The notes: generated from the letters alone by a model not told the origin. A DNA stretch of 64,000 nt from an uncultured Actinomycetes bacterium (GCA_963839755.1 CAWIVU010000008.1:228263-292262), one strand, 5' to 3'. Positions 37,219-48,175 are shown, counted from the first letter of the stretch. A program made the numbers and translations.

Positions 37219-38946
37219 ATGCGCCGCAAGAGCCTGCAGTTGTGCGTCGTGCTCGCGACGACAGTCGCACTCGCATTCGGGGTCTCTGCCGCTGCGGACG
37301 TGGGAAGCGGCTCGGGGCCGCCGACTTCGGTCGGCACCGGCGGCGCGGCCGCGTCGGTGGAGAGGCTCGCGACGCAGGCGGGAATCGACATCTTGCGTCG
37401 TGGCGGCAATGCGGTCGACGCTGCCGTGGCGGCGGCGGCCGTGCTTGGCGTGACCGAGCCGTTCTCGTGCGGAATCGGCGGGGGCGGATTCATGGTCCTC
37501 CGTACCGCCGACGGCGCCGTGACGACGATCGACGGTCGCGAGACCGCACCGGCGGCCATGCATCCGATGTCGTTCTGGGAGAACGGCGTCGCCCTGCCGT
37601 TCAACGACGCGCGGTACAGCGGGCTCTCCGTCGGAGTTCCCGGCACGGTCGAGACATGGGTCGACGCACTCGAGAAGTTCGGGACGATGTCGCTGGCCGA
37701 GGTCTTCGCGCCGGCGATTCACGTCGCGCGTCACGGCTACGTCATCGACCAGGTGTGGTTCGACCAGGCGAATGCGAACCGCGACTGGTTCGACGATATT
37801 CCTGCCAGCGCCGCACTCTTCCTCGACGCAGACGGAACGCCGCGCGACGTCGGCACGGTGTTCACGAACCCCGCGCTCGCCGAGACGTACGAGCGGATCG
37901 CTCATCTGGGCGCCAAGGGGTTCTACCGCGGAGCGGTCGCGGACGCGCTCGTGGAGGCCGTCCGGAATCCGCCCGTCGGCCCGACTGCGAATCACGTCTG
38001 GCGGCCCGGCGTGATGAAGATGCGCGACCTGCATGTCTACGCCGCGCCGGAGCGGGCGCCGACCCACGTGAACTATCGAGGGCTGGACGTGTATTCGATG
38101 GGCCCGCCGTCGAGCGGCGGCTCAACAGTCGGTGAAGCCCTGAACATCCTCGAGGGCTTCGAGCTCTCGTCGATGAGCCGCGAAGCAGCCCTGCACCTCT
38201 ACCTCGAAGCGTCGCGGTACTCGTTCGCAGACCGCAACGCCTATCTCGCGGATCCGGCCTACTTCGACGTTCCGCTGAGCGGTCTGCTCTCCGAAGAGTA
38301 CGCCGCAACGCGCCGTGCGCTGATCACCGACACGGCAGCGCCGGGCGCGGTTCCACCCGGCGACCCGCACCCCTACGAAGGTGCGGAGACAACGACGCAC
38401 CTGACGACCTCGGACAGGTCCGGGAACGTGGTCTCGTACACGTTCACGATCGAGTCGACGGGCGGCTCGGGCCTCGTGGTGCCCGGCTTCGGGTTCCTCC
38501 TCAACAACGAGCTGACGGACTTCAACTTCGACTCGGCGACCCATCCCAACCGCGTCGAGGGAGGCAAGCGGCCACGCAGCTCGATGGCACCCACCATCGT
38601 CACGAGGGAAGGCAAGCCGTTCCTCGCGCTCGGCTCACCGGGCGGCGCGACGATCATCACCACCGTGCTGCAGATCTTGCTCGATCGCATCGACCTCGGC
38701 ATGACCCTTCCGCAGGCGATCGCCGATCCGCGAGCAAGCCAGCGCAACGCCGTGAACACCGGCGTGGAGCCGGCATTTCTCGCGACTCCGGAGCGGACGG
38801 CGCTCGAGGCTCGAGGCCACCACTTCGCCAACGCGGGTGAGATCGGCGCGGCGGCCGGGATCGAGTTCCTTGCCGGGGGCGGCGTGCTCGCCGCCGCGGA
38901 ACCGGTGCGCCGGGGCGGCGGGAGCGCGATGACAGAGCTCCCCTAG
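37219..38946 (+). CDS. ggt: Gamma-glutamyltransferase
   Basis: GGNAVDAAVA, IDGRETAP, PPSSGG, TTTH nucleophile, LNNELTDF, KRPRSSMAPT and GSPGG. Confidence 0.95.
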   Translation: MRRKSLQLCVVLATTVALAFGVSAAADVGSGSGPPTSVGTGGAAASVERLATQAGIDILRRGGNAVDAAVAAAAVLGVTEPFSCGIGGGGFMVLRTADGAVTTIDGRETAPAAMHPMSFWENGVALPFNDARYSGLSVGVPGTVETWVDALEKFGTMSLAEVFAPAIHVARHGYVIDQVWFDQANANRDWFDDIPASAALFLDADGTPRDVGTVFTNPALAETYERIAHLGAKGFYRGAVADALVEAVRNPPVGPTANHVWRPGVMKMRDLHVYAAPERAPTHVNYRGLDVYSMGPPSSGGSTVGEALNILEGFELSSMSREAALHLYLEASRYSFADRNAYLADPAYFDVPLSGLLSEEYAATRRALITDTAAPGAVPPGDPHPYEGAETTTHLTTSDRSGNVVSYTFTIESTGGSGLVVPGFGFLLNNELTDFNFDSATHPNRVEGGKRPRSSMAPTIVTREGKPFLALGSPGGATIITTVLQILLDRIDLGMTLPQAIADPRASQRNAVNTGVEPAFLATPERTALEARGHHFANAGEIGAAAGIEFLAGGGVLAAAEPVRRGGGSAMTELP

Positions 38947-39018
38947 CTACGGCCGGTTCGGGCTTCATCCCCATCGGACGATGCTCCACTGCCGTGGGCG
39001 TGACAGTGTCTGCCATGC

Positions 39019-40655
39019 GTGAGCACGCCTAGCGGAGCGGAGAGTGCGACGGCGCCGGGGCGTGCCGGGCTCGTCCTGATCTCGTTGATTCTGGTCGCCG
39101 CGGTCGCCAACCTGAACCTGGCGGTGGCCAACGTCGCGCTGCCGTCGATCGCCAAGGCGTTCGATTCGGGTCAGACGGCGCTCAACCTGATTGCGGTCGG
39201 GTACTCCCTCGGGCTCGCTGCGTCGGTCCTCTACTTCGGCGCCCTCGGCGACCGTTACGGGCGCAAGCTGATGCTCATCCTGGGCATGGCTCTCTCGATT
39301 CCGGCCTGCCTGCTCGCTGCCTGGGCACCCTCGGACGAGGTGCTCTTCGGGGCGCGTGTGCTCGGCGGGCTTTCCGCCGGCATGGCGTTTCCGACGACGC
39401 TCGCCTTGATCACGGCCCTCTGGGCCGGGCCGGGGCGGACGAAGTCGATCGCCCTCTGGTCGGGCATCGGCGGCGCGATCTCCTCTCTCGGCCCCGTGCT
39501 CGCGGGCGCGCTGCTCGAGGACTTCTGGTGGGGCTCCGTCTTCCTGGTCACGCTGCCGCTGGCCGTGGTCGCGCTGGTCATGGCGTTCCTCTTCGTGCCG
39601 AGCCACGTCAACGAGGGGACGGATCCCGTCGACAATCTGGGTGGGGTCCTGTCCGTCGTGCTGGTCGCGGCGCTCGTCCTTGGCGATCAACTTCGCCGCC
39701 CTTCCGAGCAGAGGCGCCCTGACGCTGGGCCTGGCGGCGATCACTGTCGCGGCGCTGATCGCCTTCCTGATCAGACAGCGTCGCGCCGCGAACCCGCTCT
39801 ACGACCTCGATGTCGCCGGACGGCGCATCTTCTGGGTCGCGGCGTGTGCCGGCGTCATCGTGTTCGGGACGCTGATGGGCGCCATGTACGTGGGCCAGCA
39901 GTTCCTGCAGAACGTGCTCGGCTACTCGACCTTCGAAGCCGGCCTGTCGATCCTTCCGGCTGCCGCGCTCATGGTCCTGATCGCGCCGCGGTCGGCCAAG
40001 CTCGTCGAAGCGCGGGGCGCCCGGGTCACGCTGCTCACCGGCTACGTCTTCTGCCTGCTCGGCTTCCTGGCGATGCTCCTGCTCTGGAACGAGGGGATCG
40101 CGTACTGGAAGGTTGGCCTCGCGTACGCGCTCGTCGGGGCCGGTGTCGGGTTCGCCGGCACGCCCGCCTCGCACTCGCTCACCGGTTCCGTGCCCGTGAC
40201 GCGCGCGGGCATGGCCTCGGGAACGGCGGACCTCCAGCGTGACCTGGGTGGAGCGATCATGCAGTCGATCCTCGGCGCGCTCCTCGTCGCGGGCTATGCG
40301 TCCGCGGTCGGAGCCGCGATCGCCTCCGCGCCGAACGCGACAGCAGATCAGCGAGAGCGTCGAGAGCCAGCTGACCAAGTCCTTCGCGGGCGCGGAGGAG
40401 ATCGCCGGCCAGTATCCGCAGTACGCGAGCGAGATCACGGCCGGGGCCAAGGCGTCATTCCTCGACGGCGCGGACTGGGCGTACACGGCGGGCATCGTGG
40501 CGATCCTGCTCGGTGCCGCGGTCGTCTTCTTCCTCTTCCCGAAGCAGGAGGACGAGGAGCGGTTGCTCGCCCGGTACCACGCCGAGGACACCGGTGCCGC
40601 ACAGGACATGACGGAGACGCCGCGACCGGGTCCGCTGCAGCCGGCCCGCGAGTAA
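39019..40655 (+). CDS. MFS transporter (14-TM DHA2-like), two apparent frameshifts
   Basis: NVALPSI and [10 protein letters not shown] motifs. The reading frame is split near 39683 and 40340. Confidence 0.85.
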
Positions 40656-40683
40656 GACGGTTCGAGGCTGAGCTGGAGCGGCC

Positions 40684-41568
40684 TTACGCCGTCGCGGCGT
40701 CGGTGGCCGCCGAGACGGGCCGTTCGGGCTCCTTGCCCGCTTCGCGGACGAGAGAGATGACAACGGCGCCAACGAGCGCCAGGGCCAGGCCGATACAGGC
40801 GACGAAGACGTGCCAGGCCGGTCTGCTCAGCCGCTCCTCGAGCAGGACGATGCCGAGCAGGATGCCGACGACGGGGTTCGCAACCGAGACGGTGGCGACG
40901 GACGGCGCCAGGCGCCCGGTGCCGAGCGAGACCTGCTGCAGGACGAAGCCGAGCACGCCCGCGATGGCCAGCACGTACGGCTCCCAGTGGGAAAGCAGTT
41001 GGTCGATCCCGGCGTGCAGGTACTCCAGGGTGGGCTTCGTCAGCGCCGCCGAGAGACCGAAGAGGATGCCGGCGACGGTGCCGTATGCGGCGGCCTTCAT
41101 CACCAGGCTTCCCCGTCCGCCGAACATCAGCAGGACCGTGCAGAGGACGGCCAGGATGGCGATGGCGATCGCCCACTCGGTCCCCGGCGCGTTCTCGCGC
41201 CCGCCCGCCGGATCGCCGAAGAGCACGAAGAGCGCCAGACCGAGCACGATCACCGCGGCGCCGATCACCTCGCGGCGCCCGACGTGCTGGCGCGTCAGGA
41301 AGTAGCCGAGCGGCAGCGCGAAGACGACTGTGGTGACGAGGAGCGGCTGGATGATCACGAGTCGTCCTCGATCGAGCGCTGCCGCCTGGAACACGTAGCC
41401 GGCGAGCAGTGCCAGGGTGCCGACGAGCCACATCGTCTGACCCGCCAGGCGCGCCAGCGACGCGGGGCTGCGAAGCGAGATCTCCGGAAGGTTCAGGGCG
41501 CCCTTCTGCTGCAGCGCCGCCGCGAGGGCGAAGAGGAATGCGGCCAGCAGGGCGAGAGCGGACGCCAC
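40684..41568 (-). CDS. DMT family transporter
   Basis: Multi-TM protein with [25 protein letters not shown] and [10 protein letters not shown]. Confidence 0.85.
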   Translation of the reverse strand: MASALALLAAFLFALAAALQQKGALNLPEISLRSPASLARLAGQTMWLVGTLALLAGYVFQAAALDRGRLVIIQPLLVTTVVFALPLGYFLTRQHVGRREVIGAAVIVLGLALFVLFGDPAGGRENAPGTEWAIAIAILAVLCTVLLMFGGRGSLVMKAAAYGTVAGILFGLSAALTKPTLEYLHAGIDQLLSHWEPYVLAIAGVLGFVLQQVSLGTGRLAPSVATVSVANPVVGILLGIVLLEERLSRPAWHVFVACIGLALALVGAVVISLVREAGKEPERPVSAATDAATA

Positions 41569-41577
41569 GTGCGCAGC

Positions 41578-41769
41578 CTACGGCGTCGCCGATCGTGCCT
41601 GCAACGTGCGGCAGACGCATCGTCCGGCGTCGAGGGTCACGACCTCGTCCATCTGGTCGATCCCCTCCGGGCGGTGAGTGATGAGCAGGACGGTGCACTC
41701 TCCGGCCGCTTCCAGCACGTCCTCCATCATCGACTGAGCTGTCCCCGGATCGAGGTGCGCGGTCGGCTC
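41578..41769 (-). pseudogene. C-terminal remnant of a CydC-like ABC ATPase
   Basis: EPTAHLD (D-loop)...TVLLITHRPEGIDQMDEVVTLDAGR (H-loop). No Walker A motif or TM domain upstream. Confidence 0.7.
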
Positions 41770-41955
41770 ACCTGAGGCGCGATCATGTCGTTCTCACGCC
41801 TCCGCAGCGTTCGCGTGCTTGCGCGCCGAAGCGCTCGAGGAGGTGGCCTCATCGCGGCCCGGATCGACGTCATCCACACGATTCCCGGCAGGGGACACGA
41901 TGACCGATCTTGGCGTCGTCGGGGGCAGTGAGCGTTTCCAACGGGAATCTCGAAA

Positions 41956-42627
41956 TCACGGCCAGGTCGTGGCCTCGGCTGCACCTGCTTCGCCTTCGCG
42001 GCCCCTCTCTCGTCCGTCGAGCCGTTCCGCGCGCTCCTTGATGCCGCGCAGCATCTTCCGCTCCATGACGAGCGAACCCGGCTCCATCGGCAACATTCCG
42101 ATCCTGGCGGTCAGTGAAGGAAGCCGGAAGCGGTTGCGGCTGATCAAGCGCGTCGTTCCCTCGTGCTCCTCGAGCACGAAGCTCCAGACCCAGTTGCCGT
42201 CCTCGGAGCGCCAGGCGAGCACGCGCTCAGGCTCGACGCGCTCGACTCGCATCCGGTTCGGGCCGTATCCGATCGTGTCCCCGATCTGTGGATGCTGGTA
42301 GTCGGGCAGCACGTGGTCGGTGCTGTGCATGTTCAGGCCGAGCAGGTTCTCGATCCAGTCGTAGGTGTATGCGCCGCCGCGCGGCGACGGGCCCATCTGC
42401 GCGATCCAGGGCCACACGGCGCTAGGGGGTCCGTCGATCGTGATGGCACGAGTCGCGACGCCGTCCGCTTCTTCGAGCAGCTCGTCACCCGGGAGCCGCG
42501 CGTTCGCTTCGGCGTCGGTCGCTCCCCAGCTCAGGATGGGGCGGCGCAGCAGCTTCCAGTAGAGGAGCGCGGCACCGATCGAACCAAGCGCTGCGCCGCC
42601 GAGTCTCAGCGAAACTTGCGTCGTCAC
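41956..42627 (-). CDS. Conserved hypothetical protein (SRPBCC-like)
   Basis: WGAT..E...LPGDEL, TRAITID.PP..VWPWIAQMG and MERKMLRGIKERAE. Confidence 0.8.
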   Translation of the reverse strand: MTTQVSLRLGGAALGSIGAALLYWKLLRRPILSWGATDAEANARLPGDELLEEADGVATRAITIDGPPSAVWPWIAQMGPSPRGGAYTYDWIENLLGLNMHSTDHVLPDYQHPQIGDTIGYGPNRMRVERVEPERVLAWRSEDGNWVWSFVLEEHEGTTRLISRNRFRLPSLTARIGMLPMEPGSLVMERKMLRGIKERAERLDGRERGREGEAGAAEATTWP

Positions 42628-42628
42628 C

Positions 42629-43237
42629 TCACGTCACTCCTTCCTTCGCCAGGCTCGGCGCGTCCTGGCGGCGTGCGACCACGATGCCGGCGCGCCAGCC
42701 AGGAGCTCTTCCACGAGTCGGCAGCGGGATCGACTCGGCGTCGAGCCCGCTGCGGGCGAGCAGCCACGAGATTGTCGAGTTCGAGTTCCACATCTCGCCG
42801 GTGTGCAGCTCGTCGCGTCCCCAGACGCGCATCGGCACCTGTGGCACGAGCTCGACCAGCCGGCGCGCGCACCCGGGATCGTTGCTGAGGCGGTGCGGAC
42901 TCTCGACGGCCTCGGCGACATCGGGGATGACGCCGTCGCGCCAGCGGCGTAGTTCGTAACGGAAGAGCCGAAAACGTCCCAACGCTCGTGCGCCGACTGG
43001 GCCTTCGGCGACGACGCCGCGCTCCGCGCTCTCGCTCCACGCCGGTGCCTGCTCGATCACGAACCGTCCCTCTGGTACGTGGACCTCGAGCGCCGAGTGG
43101 TAGAGGTCGCAGCGATCTCGACGGCCCAGCGATGCAGTGATCGCCTCGAAGACCCTCCCGTTCAGGCGTACCGACCGACCGCCGGCACCGAGCGGGAGCC
43201 AGTACAGGTCGATTCCCGTGACCGCGGGTGACGGCAT
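42629..43237 (-). CDS. Conserved hypothetical protein
   Basis: DLYWLPLGAGG, LYHSALEV and WGRDEL..GEMWNSNS. Spacing suggests an operon. Confidence 0.75.
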   Translation of the reverse strand: MPSPAVTGIDLYWLPLGAGGRSVRLNGRVFEAITASLGRRDRCDLYHSALEVHVPEGRFVIEQAPAWSESAERGVVAEGPVGARALGRFRLFRYELRRWRDGVIPDVAEAVESPHRLSNDPGCARRLVELVPQVPMRVWGRDELHTGEMWNSNSTISWLLARSGLDAESIPLPTRGRAPGWRAGIVVARRQDAPSLAKEGVT

Positions 43238-43285
43238 CAGTCCTGTCGCCTCGGTCCGAGCAGCGCTCGGTCGAAGAAGCGCCTC

Positions 43286-43564
43286 CTATCGATCGCTGTT
43301 CGACCTTTGAGGGCCGAGGCCGTACTTCGCGACAGCCCATGTGCCGATCGAAGCGAACAGCGCGACGGCGATTCCCGATGGGATGGTCGTGCTGTTCGTT
43401 CCTCCACCGGTCGTGGAGACGAAGTCCGGCCCCCAGGCCGCGCTGCAGGCGACGGCGATCCACATCGCTGCGATCGCCAGCGACGCCCACATCTCGCGGA
43501 CATGGAGTAGCTCGAACCACCTGTGCTCAGGTGTCGAATGAGCAGGGTTTGAGACGCTCGACAT
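43286..43564 (-). CDS. Small two-TM membrane protein
   Basis: AAAGGAGG RBS and two hydrophobic segments. Confidence 0.7.
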   Translation of the reverse strand: MSSVSNPAHSTPEHRWFELLHVREMWASLAIAAMWIAVACSAAWGPDFVSTTGGGTNSTTIPSGIAVALFASIGTWAVAKYGLGPQRSNSDR

Positions 43565-43819
43565 GGCACACCTCCTTTCTGAATCGAGGCTGGCAGGTCC
43601 GCGACCGGGCGGCATCCGCGAGTAACCGGTAGGAGCTGCCTGAAACTACGTAGCGCGGCGATACCCGACGATACGACGCGGGCGGTCAGCCGATGGCGAA
43701 CGGCGAAGGTCGCTCGGTGCGTGCTGCGGATTTCCCCGTATCAGAGCGAGCGGCTGACGAGCCGGCGCCTCCTGGCCGAGGGACCGCGCGTGATCGGAGA
43801 GCACCTAGACTCGGCACTG

Positions 43820-46480
43820 GTGTCGGTAGCCGCTGACCGAGTCGACGTCATCCTCCGGGACGGTCGCACGCTCAGGCTGCGACCGCCTGGGCGGGACGAC
43901 GCGGACTCGCTCCTCGAGTTCTTCGGCTCACTCTCCGAGCGGAGCCGATATCTCCGCTTCCACGGCTTCCCGGCGCTCGGGCCCCAGCTGGTGGAGTCCT
44001 TGCTCGAGCCGGACTGGATCGAGCGGGGCGCTCTGCTCGGTGCCTTGAGCACGGACGCCGGCGAGGAGATCGTCGCCGTCGCAAACTACGTTCGGCTTCG
44101 CGACCCGGCCATCGCAGAAGCCGCGTTCACCGTCGCCGACGCCCACCAACGGCGTGGAATCGGGACGCGCCTTCTCGAGCGGTTGGCCGACCGTGCGTCG
44201 GAGGCCGGTATCGAGCGTCTTGTCGCAGAGGTGATGGCGGAGAACCGAGAAATGCTCGGCGTCTTCGAGGCAGTGGGCTTCGAGCTGACACGGGAGCTGG
44301 AGGGCGGCGAGGTCGAGGTGCAGTTCCCGATCGCTCCGACCGAGCGGTATCGAGAGCGTGTCGAGGAGCGCGACCACGCCGCCGTGACCGCGTCCCTCCG
44401 ACCGTTCTTCGAGCCACGGAGCGTGGCGGTGATCGGCGCCTCGCGGCGACGGGGCTCGATCGGCGGCGAGTTGTTCCGGAACATCCTCGTCGGGGACTTT
44501 GCGGGCGCTGCCTACCCCGTGAACCGAGACGGAGAGCCGGTGGCGGGTGTGCGGGCATATCGCTCGGTTGCCGAGATTCCCGACGAGGTCGACGTCGCGG
44601 TTGTATCTCTGCCGGCGAGCGCCGTTCTCGAAGCGGTCGAGGAGGCCCTCGAGGCAGGCGTCGAGGCGCTCGTGGTCATCTCGGCCGGGTTCGCCGAGGT
44701 CGGCGCCGAAGGTGCCGCGCTGCAGGGCCGCCTTCTCGAGCTGGTGCGGTCTCACGGTGGTCGGCTGATCGGGCCGAACTGCCTCGGGATCGCCGTTGCA
44801 GGCGTGTCGCTCAACGCGACGTTCGCCGCTCGCACCCCGGCAAGCGGGAACATCGGGTTCTCGTCGCAGAGCGGCGCCCTCGGCGTTGCCTTTCTCGAAG
44901 CGGCGGAGGCGCGTGGGCTGGGTCTCTCGGCGTTCGTCTCGATCGGGAACAAGGCGGACGTGTCGTCGAACGACCTGCTCGAGTGGTGGGAGGACGATCC
45001 TCACACAGACGTCGTGCTGCTCTACCTCGAGTCCTTCGGCAACCCTCGTCGGTTCGGGCGGTTGGCCAGGCGGGTCGCGCGTCGGAAGCCGATCCTGTCT
45101 CTGAAGAGCGGGACGACCCTGTCAGGGCAGCGCGCCGCGAGCTCGCACACGGCGGCGCTGGCCGGCTCAGACGCGGCCGTCGATGCACTCTTCCACCAGG
45201 CGGGTGTGATTCGCGCGACGTCGCTCGAGGAGCTGATCGATGTCGGAGCATTGCTTTCGAGTCAGCCTGAGACAAAGGGCCGGCGCGTCGGCCTCCTCAC
45301 GAACGCCGGGGGACTGGGGATCCTGTGCGCGGACGTGTGCGACGCTGTCGGGCTCGAGCTGCCCGAGCCGGCCGACGAGACGCGCGCGCAGCTCGCCGTG
45401 CTCCTCTCGGCTGAGGCGAGCCTCGCGAATCCCGTCGACATGCTGGGCGGCGCCACGGCCGACACATATGGCAAGGCGCTGGCAGCAATGCTCGGCGATC
45501 CGCACCTCGACGCGCTCATCGTGCTGTTCGTGCCAACCGTGACCGCTACCGCCGACGACGTCGCCGTGGCGATTGACCGTGTCGTGGCGGAGTCCGCCGC
45601 GGGGAAGCCCGTCCTGGCCGTCGTCATGACTGCGTCGGGGATCCCGGAGCCGCTCCGTCTGGGTCGCGGGCGAGTCGCTGCGTTCGCGTATCCGGAGTCC
45701 GCCGCACGAGCGCTCGGGCGAGCGGCGCAACGTGCCGAGTGGCTTCGTCGTCCGCACGGCACCGTTCCGACGATCGCCGGCATCGATCGCCGGGCGGCGG
45801 AGGTCATCGTCGAGTCTGCGCTCTCGCGCGGCGACGACGTCTGGCTCGAGGCGGCGGAGGCACGAGCGCTGCTTCTTGCGTACGGGCTTCCGCTCGTCCC
45901 GGAGCAAATCGCAGGCAGCGCCGCGGAGGCCGCGGGGGCCGCTCGCGAGCTCGGTTTCCCCGTCGTCGTCAAGACCACACTTGCCGGGGCACACAAGACG
46001 GACGTCGGCGGGCTCGCACTCGACCTGGGAGACGAGGACGCCGTCCACGCAGCCGTCGAACGCATCGGTGCGCCCGTTCTCGTCCAGCCGATGGTCAAGG
46101 GAAGCGCGGAGCTCCTGGCGGGGATCGTCCAGGACCCGGTCTTCGGTCCGCTCGTCGCCTGCGGCCCCGGTGGGGTGCTCGCGGAGCTCATTGGGGAGGC
46201 CGGGTTCCGGATCGCGCCGCTGACCGACCATGACGCCGAGGAGCTCGTGCTCGGCGGGAAGACCGGCCGCCTCGTTGGCGGCTTTCGTGGGGCGCCCGCA
46301 GCCGACAGTCGCGCCCTCGTCGACGTCGTGCATCGACTCGCGCGGCTCGGCGAAGACCTGGACGCGGTCACGGAGCTCGACCTCAACCCTGTGATCGCGC
46401 AGGTCGACGGTTGCGTCGTCGTCGATTCGCGGGTGCGCGTGCAGCGGCACGAGCGCCTCGCGCGATTGAAGAGCTGGTAG
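43820..46480 (+). CDS. GNAT-acyl-CoA ligase (NDP-forming) fusion, Pat-like
   Basis: N-terminal GNAT (RYLRF, QRRGIG), CoA-binding VAVIGAS, IGPNCLG, SQSG, ASSHT, C-terminal ATP-grasp ELDLNP. Start uncertain (43790 or 43820). Confidence 0.9.
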   Translation: MSVAADRVDVILRDGRTLRLRPPGRDDADSLLEFFGSLSERSRYLRFHGFPALGPQLVESLLEPDWIERGALLGALSTDAGEEIVAVANYVRLRDPAIAEAAFTVADAHQRRGIGTRLLERLADRASEAGIERLVAEVMAENREMLGVFEAVGFELTRELEGGEVEVQFPIAPTERYRERVEERDHAAVTASLRPFFEPRSVAVIGASRRRGSIGGELFRNILVGDFAGAAYPVNRDGEPVAGVRAYRSVAEIPDEVDVAVVSLPASAVLEAVEEALEAGVEALVVISAGFAEVGAEGAALQGRLLELVRSHGGRLIGPNCLGIAVAGVSLNATFAARTPASGNIGFSSQSGALGVAFLEAAEARGLGLSAFVSIGNKADVSSNDLLEWWEDDPHTDVVLLYLESFGNPRRFGRLARRVARRKPILSLKSGTTLSGQRAASSHTAALAGSDAAVDALFHQAGVIRATSLEELIDVGALLSSQPETKGRRVGLLTNAGGLGILCADVCDAVGLELPEPADETRAQLAVLLSAEASLANPVDMLGGATADTYGKALAAMLGDPHLDALIVLFVPTVTATADDVAVAIDRVVAESAAGKPVLAVVMTASGIPEPLRLGRGRVAAFAYPESAARALGRAAQRAEWLRRPHGTVPTIAGIDRRAAEVIVESALSRGDDVWLEAAEARALLLAYGLPLVPEQIAGSAAEAAGAARELGFPVVVKTTLAGAHKTDVGGLALDLGDEDAVHAAVERIGAPVLVQPMVKGSAELLAGIVQDPVFGPLVACGPGGVLAELIGEAGFRIAPLTDHDAEELVLGGKTGRLVGGFRGAPAADSRALVDVVHRLARLGEDLDAVTELDLNPVIAQVDGCVVVDSRVRVQRHERLARLKSW

Positions 46481-46586
46481 CGGGTCCTCATCCGTAGTTC
46501 TCCGCGTCGGATCGGTGGCGACACCGATGCCCCTGCCCGTCTGCGCCGTGAGTCTTGGACAGGAACTTCGACGAGAGGAGGCTCCG

Positions 46587-47648
46587 ATGGCAACCGTCGA
46601 GCAGGAGCGATCGACCGAGGCGGGGCGGACACGGACGATGAGAGCGGCGGTCGTCGAGGACTTCACGAGGCCGCTCGTCCTCAAGGACGTGCCCCGCCCG
46701 TCGGCGGGCGCAGGCGAGATCGTGGTTCGGGTCGAGACTTCCGGCCTCTGCCACACCGATATCCACGCAGCCCACGGTGACTGGCCCGTCAAGCCGACGC
46801 CGCCGTTCATCCCTGGGCACGAGGGCGTCGGAATCGTCGAGGAGGTGGGGGCCGGCGTCACAGAGGTCGCTGTCGGCGACCGAGTCGCAATGCCCTGGCT
46901 CGGCTACGCCTGCGGGACGTGCGACTACTGCGTCTCGGGCTGGGAGACACTGTGCCTCGAGCAGCAGAACACGGGCTACTCGATCGACGGCGGCTTCGCC
47001 GAGTACGTGAAGGCGAACGGCCGGTACGTCGTGAAGGTGCCGGCGGGAGTCGATCCCGTCGACGCGGCGCCGCTCACCTGCGCGGGAGTGACGACCTACA
47101 AGGCGGTCAAGGTCGCCGGGACGCGTCCATCCGACCTCGTCGCGATCTTCGGCGTCGGCGGCCTGGGTCACCTCGCCCTTCAATACGCACGGATCGCGGG
47201 CGGCAGCGTCGTGGCCGTCGACCTCCACGAGGAGAAGCTCGAGCTCGCCAGAGAGCTCGGCGCGACGTTCACGGTGAACGCCGCCGAGGAGGACCCCGCG
47301 GCCGCGATCCAGCGGCTCGGAGGGGCCGACCAGGCGATCGCGCTGGCCGTGTCGCCGACGGCCTTCGAGCAGGCATACGGCTCGCTTCGGCGTGGCGGGA
47401 CACTCGTGTTCGTCGGTCTGCCCGCCGAGAACACCATCCAGCTGCCGATCTTCGAGACGGTCCTGAACGGGATCACCGTCGTCGGCTCGATCGTCGGCAC
47501 GCGCCTCGACCTGCGTGAAGTGTTCGAGCTGCACGCTGCCGGGCTGACGAAGGTCGTGACCGAGGTGCGGCCGCTCAGCAGCGTGAACGACGCGATCGAG
47601 GACGTCGACGCGGGCCGCGTTCCTGCCCGCATCGTCTTCGTCCCCTGA
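46587..47648 (+). CDS. adhP: Zinc-dependent alcohol dehydrogenase
   Basis: CHTDIHAAHGDWP, GHEGVG, CGTCDYC, CAGVTTYKA and GVGGLG. Confidence 0.93.
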   Translation: MATVEQERSTEAGRTRTMRAAVVEDFTRPLVLKDVPRPSAGAGEIVVRVETSGLCHTDIHAAHGDWPVKPTPPFIPGHEGVGIVEEVGAGVTEVAVGDRVAMPWLGYACGTCDYCVSGWETLCLEQQNTGYSIDGGFAEYVKANGRYVVKVPAGVDPVDAAPLTCAGVTTYKAVKVAGTRPSDLVAIFGVGGLGHLALQYARIAGGSVVAVDLHEEKLELARELGATFTVNAAEEDPAAAIQRLGGADQAIALAVSPTAFEQAYGSLRRGGTLVFVGLPAENTIQLPIFETVLNGITVVGSIVGTRLDLREVFELHAAGLTKVVTEVRPLSSVNDAIEDVDAGRVPARIVFVP

Positions 47649-47656
47649 CGCTCCAG

Positions 47657-47686
47657 CGCGAGGCGCGGCTCCGGCCGCGCCTCGCG
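47657..47686. terminator. Hairpin downstream of adhP
   Basis: CGCGAGGCGCGGC-TCCG-GCCGCGCCTCGCG, a 13-bp stem. Confidence 0.6.
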
Positions 47687-47776
47687 ATCATGGCGTTCGA
47701 ACGGCCGCTTTCTCGCTTCCGCCACGGACGCAAGCAGAGCCGACCGGTCGGCCGATGCGGCATTGCGGCCGCGGAA

Positions 47777-48175
47777 CTAGCTTCGCGCTGAGGACGTGTT
47801 CAGGGTCACGGCGGCGCGAACGAGAGCCTTCAGCGCCTCCTCGTCGATCTTCTCGCCCTCGCGGAAGTCGATAGCGCGCCTCGTGTTGCCCTCGAGACTG
47901 GAGTTGAAGAGGCCCGCCGGATCCATCAGAGCCGCCCCCTTGGCGAAGGTCATCTTCACGACGCTCTTGTACGTCTCGCCGGTGCAGATCATTCCGTCGT
48001 GCGACCACACCGGAACCCCTCTCCATTTCCACTCCTCGACGACCTCGGGATCAGCCTCCTTGACCAGGGCACGGAGCCTGCTGAGCATCTCGCCCCGCCA
48101 GTCGTCCAGCTCCTCGATCCTCGCGTCGATCAGCTGAGAAGGAGACGTGCTTTCCTGCGACCCGCTGTTCGTCAT
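47777..48175 (-). CDS. DUF1801 domain protein
   Basis: DWRGEML, EEWKWRGVPVW and FNSSLEGNTRRAID. Confidence 0.9.
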   Translation of the reverse strand: MTNSGSQESTSPSQLIDARIEELDDWRGEMLSRLRALVKEADPEVVEEWKWRGVPVWSHDGMICTGETYKSVVKMTFAKGAALMDPAGLFNSSLEGNTRRAIDFREGEKIDEEALKALVRAAVTLNTSSARS

